64,000 nucleotides of DNA from Paenibacillus turpanensis (GCF_011421635.1 NZ_WTLI01000007.1:42232-106231), one strand, 5' to 3'. Positions 1 to 12,273 are shown, counted from the first letter of the stretch. Made by a program: numbers and translations. The notes: generated from the letters alone by a model not told the origin.

Positions 1-1
1 C

Positions 2-856
2 GACGTGCTTCTGCTTGAGAACGTACGCTTCTATCCGGGCGAAGAGAAGAACGATCCGGAGCTGGCAAAGCAGTTTGCTGAGCTTGCTGATCTGTTCGTT
101 AACGACGCATTCGGCGCAGCACACCGTGCACACGCATCGACAGAAGGAATCGCGCATCATCTTCCAGCCGTTTCCGGTCTTCTGATGGAGAAGGAGCTGG
201 ACGTTCTTGGCAAAGCGCTGAACAACCCGGACCGTCCGTTCACAGCGATCGTTGGCGGAGCGAAGGTAAAAGACAAGATCGACGTAATCAACAACCTGAT
301 CAACCTCGCAGATAACGTCATTATCGGCGGCGGTCTGTCCTACACGTTCCTGAAGGCACAGGGCCATGAGATCGGCAAATCCCTTGTGGATAACGAGAAG
401 CTGGACCTTGCGCTTAGCTTCATCCAAAAGGCGAAGGACCGCGGCGTAAACTTCCTGCTTCCTGTGGATATCGTGGTAGCAGACGATTTCAGCGCGAAGG
501 CAAACACGCAAATCGTTGACGTTGACGGCATCCCTGCAGATTGGGAAGGCATCGACATTGGACCGAAGACTCGCGAGCTCTACAGCAAAGTGATCAAGGA
601 ATCCAAGCTGGTCGTTTGGAACGGACCGATGGGCGTATTCGAAATCGAGCCGTTCTCCCACGGAACGCGTGCGGTTGGCGAAGCTTGCGCAGAAACTTCC
701 GGGTACACTGTCATCGGCGGCGGCGACTCCGCGGCAGCTACCGAGAAGTTCGGCTTGGCGGATAAGATGGACCACATCTCCACAGGCGGCGGTGCATCGC
801 TCGAGTTTATGGAAGGCAAGGCGCTTCCAGGCGTTGTTGCACTGAACGACAAGTAA
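2..856 (+). CDS. pgk: Phosphoglycerate kinase, C-terminal portion (5' end outside window)
   Basis: Translation reads ...[13 protein letters not shown]...GPMGVFE...GGGDSAAA...[20 protein letters not shown], typical of the Pgk C-domain. It is followed by tpiA, gpmI and eno, the classic gap operon order. Confidence 0.9.
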   Translation, partial: DVLLLENVRFYPGEEKNDPELAKQFAELADLFVNDAFGAAHRAHASTEGIAHHLPAVSGLLMEKELDVLGKALNNPDRPFTAIVGGAKVKDKIDVINNLINLADNVIIGGGLSYTFLKAQGHEIGKSLVDNEKLDLALSFIQKAKDRGVNFLLPVDIVVADDFSAKANTQIVDVDGIPADWEGIDIGPKTRELYSKVIKESKLVVWNGPMGVFEIEPFSHGTRAVGEACAETSGYTVIGGGDSAAATEKFGLADKMDHISTGGGASLEFMEGKALPGVVALNDK

Positions 857-987
857 GAACGGGCGCTTTGGTACCGTTCATAATAATATGGGCGTTTTAC
901 AGTTGGAGGGGCGGCTTTTCACAAGGGAATAGATCTTGATGGAAAGCCGTCTTTTACCACGATAGAGACCTTATACAAAGATAATAG

Positions 988-1823
<836 letters not shown>

Positions 1824-1824
<1 letters not shown>

Positions 1825-3362
1825 TGGCGAACCGACCGAAACCTGTTGCGTTAATTATTCTTGACGGCTTTGCGCTTCGCGGCGACACGCAGGGTAACGC
1901 GGTTGCCCAGGCGAATAAGCCGAACTTCGACCGCTACTGGTCGACATACCCGCACACGACACTAACCGCTTCCGGTGAAGCGGTTGGCCTGCCGGAAGGG
2001 CAAATGGGCAACTCGGAGGTTGGCCATTTGAACATTGGCGCGGGACGTATCGTGTATCAGGATTTGACCCGCATTTCGAAGTCGATTCGCGAAGGCGATT
2101 TTCACGATAACGAAACGCTGATCGGCGCTGTCCGCCATGCGAAGCAAAACGGCAAAAAGCTGCACCTGTACGGGCTGCTGTCCGACGGCGGCGTGCACAG
2201 CCATATCGAGCATCTGTATGCGCTGCTCGATCTTTGCAAGAAGGAACAGCTTGATGACGTGTATATCCACGCGTTTCTGGACGGCCGCGACGTCGCTCCG
2301 GACAGCGCGCGCAAGTATATGGAAGGCCTGCAGGCGAAGATCGCTTCCGTCGGCGTAGGCCGTATTGCAACGGTACAGGGCCGCTATTATGCGATGGATC
2401 GTGACAAGCGCTGGGAGCGTACGGAGAAATCGTACCGCGCCATGGTGTACGGCGACGGTCCAAAGTATACGGACCCGATGAAGGCGATTGTCGAGTCGTA
2501 CGAGAAATCGGTATTCGACGAGTTCGTCATGCCGACGGTCATCGTCGGCGAAGACGGCCAGCCAGTTGGCCTCGTGGAAAGCGGCGACGCGGTCGTATTC
2601 TTTAACTTCCGCCCGGATCGCGCGATCCAGCTGTCGCAGGTATTTACGAACAGCGATTTCCGCGGCTTCGACCGCGGCGACAAGGCGCCAAGCAGCCTGT
2701 ACTACGTGTGCTTGACGCTGTTCAGCGAATCGGTGGACGGCTATGTCGCCTACAAGCCGAAAAACCTCGACAACACGCTCGGCGAGGTGCTGGCGCAGAA
2801 CAACCTGAAGCAGCTTCGCATCGCGGAAACCGAGAAGTATCCGCACGTGACGTTCTTTTTCAGCGGCGGACGCGACGTCGAGCTTCCGGGCGAAACGCGC
2901 ATCCTTATTCCGTCGCCGAAGGTCGCAACCTACGACCTGCAGCCGGAAATGAGCGCATATGAGGTAGCGGCTGCGGCGGTTCAAGAAATTGAAGCCGGCC
3001 GTCAGGACGCGATCATCCTCAACTTCGCGAACCCGGATATGGTCGGTCACTCCGGCCTGCTGGAGCCAACCATTAAAGCGGTCGAAGCAACTGACGAGTG
3101 CCTAGGCAAAGTTGTGGACGCGGTGCTGGCGCAAGGCGGCGTAGCGATCATTACGGCGGACCACGGCAACGCGGACCTTGTGACGAACCCGGACGGCACG
3201 CGTAATACGGCGCACACGACGAATCCGGTGCCGATCATCGTGACGAAGCAGGATGCAAGCCTGCGTGACGACGGCATTCTAGCGGACATTGCGCCGACCA
3301 TTCTGCAGCTGCTTGGTGTTGCGCTGCCGGAGGAAATGAGCGGACGTACGCTGATTAAGTAA
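1824..3362 (+). CDS. gpmI: 2,3-bisphosphoglycerate-independent phosphoglycerate mutase
   Basis: 512 aa. ILDGFA, SEVGHLN, ADHGNAD motifs. Start overlaps the tpiA stop (TAATG). Confidence 0.95.
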
Positions 3363-3484
3363 GAGCCGATGTCCCTGTGAGGCGCTGTCCTTTGTAAATG
3401 AGCGAAGGGTATGCGCGAACAGCGGAGCTCGCCCGATTTGCCAACAATTGCCTCATTTCGATACAATAGAAGAAGTGTGTTTGA

Positions 3485-4813
<1,329 letters not shown>

Positions 4814-4831
4814 TCACCGAATATAGAAAAA

Positions 4832-4871
4832 GTACAGGCGGACGTTTTCACGTTCGCCTGTACTTTTTTTT
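4832..4871 (+). terminator. Rho-independent terminator after eno, between convergent eno and moaB
   Basis: GTACAGGCGGACG-ttttca-CGTTCGCCTGTAC followed by T8. A near-identical paralogous hairpin occurs at 11412-11451. Confidence 0.7.
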
Positions 4872-4934
4872 GCAAAGCAGCTTGGACCCTGTTTGAACAA
4901 TATAGGCTCCAAGCTGCTATATGTACATGGAAAA

Positions 4935-5465
4935 TTAGTTGAGGTCCTTATAAATCTCCCGCATCACATGCTTTAACTCCGGGATAATGATTCTGTTCAT
5001 CGCCAGCTTGACGGCCCCCGCTGATCCCGGCATAGAGAAAACAGCGGTGTTATTGCATACGCCGGCTACAGCGCGGCTGAGGATCGCGGCCGAGCCAATC
5101 TCCTCTACGAAGCTGAGGTAACGGAAAATTTCCCCGAAACCCGGAAGAACTTTATCAAGCACGTCGTGAACCGCCTCATAGGTTCTGTCTCGCTTGGCAA
5201 TTCCCGTTCCGCCATTAACCAATACCGCTTCCACTGCAGCTCCGCTCGCCGCTTCTCGAATAAGCGTTTGGATAGAATCGTAATTGTCTTTGACGATGCG
5301 ATAATCTACGATCTCATAGCCGCCTTCATGCAGTAGCAGCTCCTTCATGAGGCTTCCGCTCTTATCCGTTTCCGGCGTTCGGGTGTCAGACACCGTAATG
5401 ATCATGCAGCGAACCGAGGCGGGCGCTTGCCGTCGATGCTCATCCACCGAAGACATCGCTGACAT
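4935..5465 (-). CDS. moaB: Molybdenum cofactor biosynthesis protein B (MoaB/MogA family)
   Basis: 176 aa, co-linear with B. subtilis MoaB (RCMIITVSDTR..., NGGTGIAKRD, FSMPGSAGAV). Stop lies 3 nt from the upstream COG0523 gene. Confidence 0.85.
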   Translation of the reverse strand: MSAMSSVDEHRRQAPASVRCMIITVSDTRTPETDKSGSLMKELLLHEGGYEIVDYRIVKDNYDSIQTLIREAASGAAVEAVLVNGGTGIAKRDRTYEAVHDVLDKVLPGFGEIFRYLSFVEEIGSAAILSRAVAGVCNNTAVFSMPGSAGAVKLAMNRIIIPELKHVMREIYKDLN

Positions 5466-5468
5466 TTC

Positions 5469-6488
5469 TTATGTAACCTGAGCAGCGGAATCCGCAATAC
5501 AACCGGAAAACTGCTCCTGAAACCAGGCTTCATCCAAGTTTCGGCCGATAATCACAATTTCGCTCTTTCTCTGCTCATCAGGTCTCCATTCACGGTCCGG
5601 TGTGGATTCAAACAGCATGTGAATTCCTTGGAATACGATGCGCTGCTTAACGCCCTTGATATTCAAAATCCCTTTGTAACGGAACGTATCCGGTCCGTGA
5701 TCTTGAAGCCACATGCCAAGGAAGTCCTCCAGCTTGTTCAGATCAAGCGGACGTTCGTCGCTCATTACGATCGAGGTCACATCGTCATCATGGTCATGGT
5801 GCTCTTCCTCAAGAAAACCGGGATCGAACTCCAGCTTCTTATCGAGGTCAAAGGCGTTGATTCCAAGGATATGCTTACTATCAATGTTCGATTTATGTGT
5901 TCGGTACACTTTCGAATACGGATTCATGGCACGCAGCCGTTGCTCCAGCTTGTTCAATTCTTCCTCGTCGACAAGATCAGTCTTGTTGAGCAGGATGACG
6001 TCCGCGAAGGCTACCTGTTCTTGAGCTTCATGACCTTCATCCAAATGCTGCGGCGCATGCTTGGCATCTACCATCGTGATGATGGCGTCCAGCTTATAAA
6101 ATTCCGCCATCTCTTCGTCGACGAAGAAGGTCTGTGCTACCGGGGCGGGATCTGCGAGCCCTGTCGTTTCGATGACGACGCGATCAAAATCGACCTTCCG
6201 GTCGCTGAGTCCCCGTTTGGCATCCATAAGCTCGCCTAAAATCCGAATCAAATCTCCCCGAACAGTACAGCAGATACAGCCATTATTCATTTCAAAAATT
6301 TCCTCATCGGCTCCCACGACCAGCTGGTTATCAATTCCGACCTCACCGAATTCGTTCACAATAACTGCGATTTTTTGTCCGTGATCGGCCGTTAGGATAT
6401 GGTTAAGCAATGTCGTCTTTCCTGCGCCAAGAAAGCCGGTAAGAACGGAAACGGGAACGCGATGGTTTGAGTTTTCTACAGTAGACAT
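5469..6488 (-). CDS. COG0523-family metallochaperone GTPase (CobW/YciC/ZigA-like), paralog 1
   Basis: GFLGAGKTT P-loop, GCICCT metal-binding CxCC motif, acidic/His stretch EEEHHDHDDD, CobW C-terminal domain. The ORF track extends to a TTG at 6503. The ATG at 6488 has an AGGAG RBS. Confidence 0.85.
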   Translation of the reverse strand: MSTVENSNHRVPVSVLTGFLGAGKTTLLNHILTADHGQKIAVIVNEFGEVGIDNQLVVGADEEIFEMNNGCICCTVRGDLIRILGELMDAKRGLSDRKVDFDRVVIETTGLADPAPVAQTFFVDEEMAEFYKLDAIITMVDAKHAPQHLDEGHEAQEQVAFADVILLNKTDLVDEEELNKLEQRLRAMNPYSKVYRTHKSNIDSKHILGINAFDLDKKLEFDPGFLEEEHHDHDDDVTSIVMSDERPLDLNKLEDFLGMWLQDHGPDTFRYKGILNIKGVKQRIVFQGIHMLFESTPDREWRPDEQRKSEIVIIGRNLDEAWFQEQFSGCIADSAAQVT

Positions 6489-6519
6489 ATACACACTCCT
6501 CAACTAAGTTATAGCTTAA

Positions 6520-6534
6520 TCGTAATGTTTACTA
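6520..6534. promoter_or_regulatory. Candidate Zur box (degenerate) in the promoter of COG0523 paralog 1
   Basis: TCGTAATgTTTACTA against the Bacillus Zur 7-1-7 core TCGTAATnATTACGA. Left half is perfect, right half has 2 mismatches. It sits about 30 bp upstream of the ATG. Confidence 0.4.
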
Positions 6535-6700
6535 ATAAGAGTATATGTTCTTGGTAAGTCTCTGTCAAATCGAGGAAACCCAACGGATTGTATATTCGAT
6601 GTATGGTGGAAAGGGGGTTGAGCAGCAATGTTTGTTCCAACCGTAGTACATGTATGAGTTGAATAAGGAATTGAATTTTTCTGCGGCCGAGTGATGTAAT

Positions 6701-7759
6701 TTATCGACCGGTACGCTGAACGAACAGCTGGTTCCAATCCTGTTCAAGCTGCTGCCGATTCAAATCAATACCGATGAGGACGAGATAGGACGGACCGGAG
6801 TAATCGCTGATTTCCCAATGGATTCGCTTTCCGGCAAATTGAAACAGGATGTTGTTAGATTCGGAGTCGGAGAGTGCCACAAATCCTTTTGCCCTGAGCA
6901 GCCCGTCCCCCCAACGATGAAAAAATTGCTCTACTTGTTTCACGGTTACTTTCGTATATTCGGGAATAGGAAGTGTGATGGTTTGAACTCTGCTGAACGA
7001 AGCCTTTGCAGTCGATGTTGTTGTCTGATCTTTGTGCTCATGCTGATGATCGTGCACAGGGTCAGCGGAAGGCTCTGGCTTGCGCGCAGACATCATCACT
7101 CTAAATCCTGTTCTTTTTACCGGCACAGGGAGAGCAAGAGGCTCAATTCCCGAAAAGATGTGCGACAGATCCGCTTGGCTGTGCTGGGTAAAGTGGATGA
7201 CAGCCTTAGGGTTCTGCTTTTTTACTACAGCTTTGATTTTTAGCAGCTGGGATGACGAAGCAAGATCTGTTTTGTTGATCAGGATGATATCCGCGACATC
7301 CATCTGCCGATGTAGCGTGTGCTTCAATGCCTGATCCGTGTTAAACATGCTGTTATACTCCAGCACCCATTCGGAATCGAGCACCGTGATCATGTGTCTT
7401 AGCTCGACGCGGTTCAGCAGGTGTGGCTCAGTGAGAGCATCGGCTACTTCCTCCGGATTAGCCACACCGGTAAGCTCGATGAATAATACATCCGGATGTT
7501 GATCAATGAGCCGTTTGACGGATGCGGTTACTTCGGATTTTTTGCTGCAGCATATGCAGCCGTCCATTAATTTTTCGAGTGATTCGCTCGGCAAATCGGA
7601 CTGGATGAAGCCGCCGTCCACGTCCGTTTGCCCTAGCTCGTTCATCAATACAGCAGTCCTCAGCTGGCGGCTTTTCGCCTCTTGAAGAAGGCGCAGGAGT
7701 AATGTTGTTTTCCCGCTGCCCAGAAAACCGCTTAACAAGATGACAGGTACTTTATTCAT
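6701..7759 (-). CDS. COG0523-family metallochaperone GTPase with His-rich insert, paralog 2
   Basis: GFLGSGKTT, GCICCS, and His-rich PVHDHQHEHKDQ segment. Divergent from the ferredoxin gene. Confidence 0.85.
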   Translation of the reverse strand: MNKVPVILLSGFLGSGKTTLLLRLLQEAKSRQLRTAVLMNELGQTDVDGGFIQSDLPSESLEKLMDGCICCSKKSEVTASVKRLIDQHPDVLFIELTGVANPEEVADALTEPHLLNRVELRHMITVLDSEWVLEYNSMFNTDQALKHTLHRQMDVADIILINKTDLASSSQLLKIKAVVKKQNPKAVIHFTQHSQADLSHIFSGIEPLALPVPVKRTGFRVMMSARKPEPSADPVHDHQHEHKDQTTTSTAKASFSRVQTITLPIPEYTKVTVKQVEQFFHRWGDGLLRAKGFVALSDSESNNILFQFAGKRIHWEISDYSGPSYLVLIGIDLNRQQLEQDWNQLFVQRTGR

Positions 7760-7818
7760 TGTTGATCTCTCCTTTATTTGGGTTTACTCCTTGTATATGC
7801 ATTGTTTTATCAATATAA

Positions 7819-7833
7819 TCGTAATAATTACGA
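7819..7833. promoter_or_regulatory. Zur box (perfect 7-1-7 palindrome) in the divergent promoter region
   Basis: TCGTAATAATTACGA, extended aATCGTAATAATTACGAAt. Lies between the divergent starts at 7759 (-) and 7897 (+). Confidence 0.7.
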
Positions 7834-7896
7834 ATAAACAAAAACAGATAAGATTTGGGCTTGGTTTTGTCCAAAAAGAAGGGAGGAAGCATCCCC

Positions 7897-8253
7897 ATGA
7901 CAACATGGAATCTGCAGCAAACTCAATGCCATTTCCTACTATGTAACGGTGGAAGTTGTATGAAGCAGGGCGGTGAGGAAGTAACCCAAGCGATTCGGGA
8001 CGAGGTCACAAAGCTGGGCGCCGATAAGCTCATTCATACGACACGGACGCGCTGCAATGGTCGCTGTGCAGATGCTTGCGTCGTAATCGCTTATCCACAG
8101 GGAGTATGGTACAAGAACATTACCCCTGAAACAGGCAGGCTGCTAGTCCACAAGCATTTGGAAGGGAGCCGCCTGGAGGAGCAGATCGTTTACTCGTACG
8201 AACGGGAGTTTATTGCTTCAGGCTTATCCATCGAAGGTATAGCAAAGGGGTAG
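7897..8253 (+). CDS. Thioredoxin-like [2Fe-2S] ferredoxin (NuoE-like fold)
   Basis: Cys pattern C-x4-C ... C-x3-C (CHFLLCNGGSC ... RCNGRCADAC). GGGAGG RBS before the ATG at 7897. The ORF track's longer start at 7855 lacks an RBS. Stop is 7 nt before COG0523 paralog 3. Confidence 0.7.
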   Translation: MTTWNLQQTQCHFLLCNGGSCMKQGGEEVTQAIRDEVTKLGADKLIHTTRTRCNGRCADACVVIAYPQGVWYKNITPETGRLLVHKHLEGSRLEEQIVYSYEREFIASGLSIEGIAKG

Positions 8254-8259
8254 CAGAAC

Positions 8260-9306
8260 ATGAACAATAGTGTGCCGATTATCATCCTGTCGGGTTTTTT
8301 GGGCAGTGGAAAAACCACGTTGCTTACTAAGCTGCTGGAGCATTATACAAAGTCCGGGAAGCGCCCGGCCCTGATAATGAATGAGGTTGGAGATGTAAAT
8401 TTGGATGGTCAGCTCGTCGAGGATTCCGTTCCAATGCGAGAAATGCTGAGTGGCTGCATCTGCTGCAGTATTCGGGGAGACCTTGGGATGGAAATTCAAA
8501 AGCTGATCGAAGAGTCGGACCCGGATCTGATTTTCATTGAAGCAACCGGCGTGGCCAATCCGATGGAAATTTTGGATGCGGTGACCGAAGCGGCTCTGCT
8601 GGTTCGTATTGAAATCCAAGCAACCGTTGCAGTCGTGGACGCGCCTCATTTTTTGCATTGGCGGGGTAAGGGCGAGGGCAGGACGTACCGGCTTATGAAG
8701 GATCAAATTCGCTGTGCATCGCTTATTGTTTTGAACAAAACAGATTGTGTTCAAGGTGAGGAGCTGCAGCTGCTTGCGCAGGCGGCCAGGGAAATCAATG
8801 CGCACGCCTTCATTCGTACGACTGCTTTTTGTGAGGTGGATCCCGCATTACTGGAGCTGCCTTTTCAGAAAGAGAGTCTGGCAATGAGTACAAGCGAGAC
8901 GTTACAAGCTCCTCATCAGGAATCAAAAACAGCATGCTGCCACAACGATGAGAAGAACCATGCAAAGCCGCATCAGCATCACGATCTTGAACCTAAGGAG
9001 CATCACCATAATCATCACCATCATTCACACGATCATGTTATGGTTTGCACGCATTATTTCGAGCAGCCGATCGAGCCTTCTCGGCTGGAGGAAATCATCA
9101 GGAAGCTGCCGGACAATGTGTACCGTGGGAAAGGGATTTTTACGTCTGCTGAAACAGGAGAACGTGTATTATTTCAATTTGCCTATCGCCAAGTAGAGTT
9201 CGTTACCATCCGGCCGCAGGGCAACGTGCAAGATGTAGCGGTATTCATGGGAGAGCAGTTTTCAAGAGCGAATCTGATGGCAGACTTGGAGAGTCTCGTG
9301 CGGTAA
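8260..9306 (+). CDS. COG0523-family metallochaperone GTPase with long His-rich tract, paralog 3
   Basis: GFLGSGKTT, GCICCS, and HAKPHQHHDLEPKEHHHNHHHHSHDH. Confidence 0.85.
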   Translation: MNNSVPIIILSGFLGSGKTTLLTKLLEHYTKSGKRPALIMNEVGDVNLDGQLVEDSVPMREMLSGCICCSIRGDLGMEIQKLIEESDPDLIFIEATGVANPMEILDAVTEAALLVRIEIQATVAVVDAPHFLHWRGKGEGRTYRLMKDQIRCASLIVLNKTDCVQGEELQLLAQAAREINAHAFIRTTAFCEVDPALLELPFQKESLAMSTSETLQAPHQESKTACCHNDEKNHAKPHQHHDLEPKEHHHNHHHHSHDHVMVCTHYFEQPIEPSRLEEIIRKLPDNVYRGKGIFTSAETGERVLFQFAYRQVEFVTIRPQGNVQDVAVFMGEQFSRANLMADLESLVR

Positions 9307-9348
9307 GTATGGGATGCTGCAAGGGCGCATGTGAAGGAGGGGTGCCGG

Positions 9349-9807
9349 ATGACGGAGCGGAAGCTGCAGTCGATTCTGCGTCAGTTAGAAATCGAAGGCT
9401 TGCGAATCACGTCCCAACGGAAGATGCTGATCCGGATTTTGATTGAACAGAAGGGGTTTTTGCAAACGAGGGAGCTGTATGAGCAAATGAACCGCATGTT
9501 TCCCGGTGTAAGCTACGATACGATTTACCGGAACATTCGAATGATGAGGGATGTGGGTGTTGTCGAGCAATTCGATTTTGACGATGGAGTGAAGTTTAAG
9601 ATCGCTTGCCGGACACATCACCATCATCATTTGATTTGTCTTGGCTGCAGCAAAATTACCCCGCTTCCTTTTTGCCCGATGACGATGATTAAGGTCCCTT
9701 CATCCTTTACAGTGGTCAGTCACAAGTTTGAAGTTTACGGCTATTGCCGGCGCTGTGCGGGTAAGCAAGAGAAGAAAGAGAAGCTCCAATTTGATCTAAG
9801 GACTTGA
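9349..9807 (+). CDS. zur: Fur-family metalloregulator, probably the zinc uptake regulator Zur
   Basis: Fur-family size and layout. Contains HHHHH and CxxC...CxxC (CLGCS ... CRRCAG) motifs. Embedded among Zur-box genes. GGAGG RBS before the ATG at 9349. Confidence 0.8.
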   Translation: MTERKLQSILRQLEIEGLRITSQRKMLIRILIEQKGFLQTRELYEQMNRMFPGVSYDTIYRNIRMMRDVGVVEQFDFDDGVKFKIACRTHHHHHLICLGCSKITPLPFCPMTMIKVPSSFTVVSHKFEVYGYCRRCAGKQEKKEKLQFDLRT

Positions 9808-9851
9808 ATAAAAGGGTTGACGTTGGCGGTTCGCCTTGTTATAGTGCTTAA

Positions 9852-9866
9852 TAGTAATGATTACGA
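9852..9866. promoter_or_regulatory. Zur box upstream of the rpmG-paralog/COG0523 operon
   Basis: TaGTAATGATTACGA, one mismatch to the 7-1-7 consensus. Lies about 35 bp upstream of the L33 paralog start. Confidence 0.6.
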
Positions 9867-9899
9867 TTAAGCTGGATTGAAGGAAGGGGAGTTTTGTAT

Positions 9900-10049
9900 A
9901 TGCGTGTTATCGTAACCTTGGCTTGTACAGAAACCGGCGATCGGAACTATACGACGACGAAAAATAAGAAGACGCATCCAAACCGTTTGGAGCTGAAAAA
10001 ATACTGTCCGCGTTTGAAGCGGGTAACGCTGCATCGGGAAACAAGATAA
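9900..10049 (+). CDS. rpmG: Ribosomal protein L33 paralog, Cys-less zinc-independent form
   Basis: 49 aa, [49 protein letters not shown]. Matches B. subtilis L33 but has CTETG instead of CxxC. It is a classic Zur-regulon member. Not in the ORF track because it is shorter than 60 aa. Confidence 0.85.
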   Translation: MRVIVTLACTETGDRNYTTTKNKKTHPNRLELKKYCPRLKRVTLHRETR

Positions 10050-10065
10050 GAGAGGTAGAGAGGAA

Positions 10066-11286
10066 ATGACGACGAAGAAAATACCTGTTACCGTGCTGAG
10101 CGGCTACTTGGGTTCCGGCAAGACGACGGTAATGAATCATGTGCTGAATAACCGGCACGGACTCAAGGTTGCCGTTATTGTTAATGACATGAGCGAAGTC
10201 AATATTGATGCGGATTTGATCCGGGAGGGAAGTAATTTATCCCGCACGGAAGAAAAGCTTGTAGAGATGTCGAATGGCTGTATTTGCTGTACGCTGAGGG
10301 AAGATTTGCTTCAAGAGGTGGAACGGCTGGCGAAGGAAGGCCGGTTCGATTATATTCTCATCGAATCAACGGGGATCGGCGAGCCGGTGCCTGTTGCGCA
10401 GACCTTAACCTATGTTGATGAAGAGAAGGGGATCGACTTATCCACCTACTGCCGTCTGGATTGTATGGTTACCGTAGTGGATGCCTATCGGTTCTGGCAC
10501 GATTTCTCTTCCGGGGAAAGCCTTCTGGAGCGCAAACAGGCACTTGGTGAGGACGATACACGGGAAGTTGTTGATTTGCTTATTGATCAAATCGAGTTTT
10601 GCGATGTGCTGCTGCTCAATAAATGCGATCTGGTGAAGCCGGAGGAGCTGGACGAATTGGAGCAGGTGCTGCGAAAGCTGCAGCCGCGGGCGAAGTTTAT
10701 ACGGACGACGCGAGGCCAAGTGGATCCGGCGGAAATCTTAAACACGAACCGCTTTGACTTCGATGAGGCAAGCCAGTCGGCCGGTTGGCTGAACGAGCTG
10801 CGGAAGGAGAGTCACACGCCTGAGACAGAGGAATATGGGATCAGCTCCTTTGTCTATCGGAGGCAAAGGCCATTCCATACGGAACGGTTTGCGGCATTCT
10901 TGGAGGATTGGCCGGTGGAAGTGGTTCGGGCGAAAGGAATCCTGTGGCTGTCGAGCCGCAACGAAATTGCTGCGAGCCTGAGTCAGGCGGGGCCTTCCAT
11001 CCAATTCGGCCCTTCGGGCTATTGGGTGTCGGCGCTGCCGGATGAGGATAGGCGCCAAGTTCTTATCGAAGAACCGGAGCTCCTGGAGAGCTGGCATCCT
11101 GTGTGGGGTGACCGGGTGTCGGAGCTGGTCTTGATCGGTATCGACATGCAGCGGGATGAGATCATTCGCGGTTTAGATGGTTGCCTGCTGTCGGATGAAG
11201 AGATGAGCTTAGATTGGAATACCTTCCATGATCCTCTCCCGGCGTGGCAGCCGTCCTGTGAGCTGTCGACTGAAAATCTGGCATAA
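10066..11286 (+). CDS. COG0523-family metallochaperone GTPase (YciC-like), paralog 4
   Basis: GYLGSGKTT, GCICCT, CobW_C domain, no His tract. Directly downstream of the L33 paralog. Confidence 0.85.
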   Translation: MTTKKIPVTVLSGYLGSGKTTVMNHVLNNRHGLKVAVIVNDMSEVNIDADLIREGSNLSRTEEKLVEMSNGCICCTLREDLLQEVERLAKEGRFDYILIESTGIGEPVPVAQTLTYVDEEKGIDLSTYCRLDCMVTVVDAYRFWHDFSSGESLLERKQALGEDDTREVVDLLIDQIEFCDVLLLNKCDLVKPEELDELEQVLRKLQPRAKFIRTTRGQVDPAEILNTNRFDFDEASQSAGWLNELRKESHTPETEEYGISSFVYRRQRPFHTERFAAFLEDWPVEVVRAKGILWLSSRNEIAASLSQAGPSIQFGPSGYWVSALPDEDRRQVLIEEPELLESWHPVWGDRVSELVLIGIDMQRDEIIRGLDGCLLSDEEMSLDWNTFHDPLPAWQPSCELSTENLA

Positions 11287-11411
11287 GCCATACATTAAGG
11301 TATTGCGCCGCCAAGGGGTTTTATGCGCTTTCTCCAAACCTTAGAAGTAAAAAAATACAAATTTGGCTTAGAGGAATTACTCATAGAGGAACCTGGCCTC
11401 GCATAGAGAAA

Positions 11412-11451
11412 AAGTATAGGCGGACGTTACCCGTTCGCCTATACTTTTTTT
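11412..11451 (+). terminator. Rho-independent terminator, paralog of the eno terminator
   Basis: GTATAGGCGGACG-ttaccc-CGTTCGCCTATAC followed by a T-run. Compared with 4832-4871, C to T and G to A compensatory changes keep the stem intact. Confidence 0.65.
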
Positions 11452-11492
11452 ATGTTACGATGACTTGATACGCATCTTTGGGAGGCTGGCCG

Positions 11493-12197
11493 ATGACGCG
11501 CTGGATCATCACGATATTGTTTCTTGTCGGCTCCGCGTTTTTGACGCGGCTGCTGCCGTTTCATCCTTTTTTCCGCAACCTGAACACGATGATCCACGAG
11601 TTTGGTCACGCTCTAGCGACGCTGCTGCTGTCGGGAGATGTCATGTACATTCACTTGTACGAGGATCATAGCGGGTTGACTCTTTCGCAGGTGACGGCTG
11701 GCTGGCGGCTCATACCCGTGGCGCTAGCGGGATATTTCACGGCCTCGCTGTTTGGCGTGTATTTGTTCCGTTGTTATGCAAAAGGGCAAATTCGCCGGGG
11801 GTTGGCGGTCATTACGGTGCTCGCTGTGCTGAGTCTGCTGCTATTTGTGCGCAATGGGTTTGGGGTTCTGTGGCTGATCGGCTTTATCGGGCTGAATTTT
11901 ATGTTTATGCTTTTCCCGAGCCGGACGATCACGACGGGGTATTTCCTGCTGCTGGCGTTCTTAACCTTAGAAGAAGCGGTGTACAGCTCGGTGGATTTAC
12001 TGCTGCTGTCCTGGCTGCGGCCGGATGCGGCGGGGGATGCGACGAACTTAGCGGTGCATACGGGAACCTCGCCGGTGCTTTGGTCGGTGCTGTTTGTAGT
12101 CGTCGCGCTTTGGTGCGCGAGGTCGTGCATCCTATCCTTTATCCGTCCGAAGCGGAAAAAGGACGCACTCCCATCGTTTTCCGGGTACCGGGCGTAG
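11493..12197 (+). CDS. Integral membrane metalloprotease-like protein (M50B-like, HExxH)
   Basis: HEFGHAL zinc-binding motif within multiple predicted TM helices. RBS GGGAGG before the ATG at 11493. Confidence 0.55.
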   Translation: MTRWIITILFLVGSAFLTRLLPFHPFFRNLNTMIHEFGHALATLLLSGDVMYIHLYEDHSGLTLSQVTAGWRLIPVALAGYFTASLFGVYLFRCYAKGQIRRGLAVITVLAVLSLLLFVRNGFGVLWLIGFIGLNFMFMLFPSRTITTGYFLLLAFLTLEEAVYSSVDLLLLSWLRPDAAGDATNLAVHTGTSPVLWSVLFVVVALWCARSCILSFIRPKRKKDALPSFSGYRA

Positions 12198-12273
12198 GGG
12201 AAGGTTTGTTTTATAGTAAAAAATATGGTATACTTCCTACACGAATGTCTACGGACGGAGGTGTGATTCGGAC

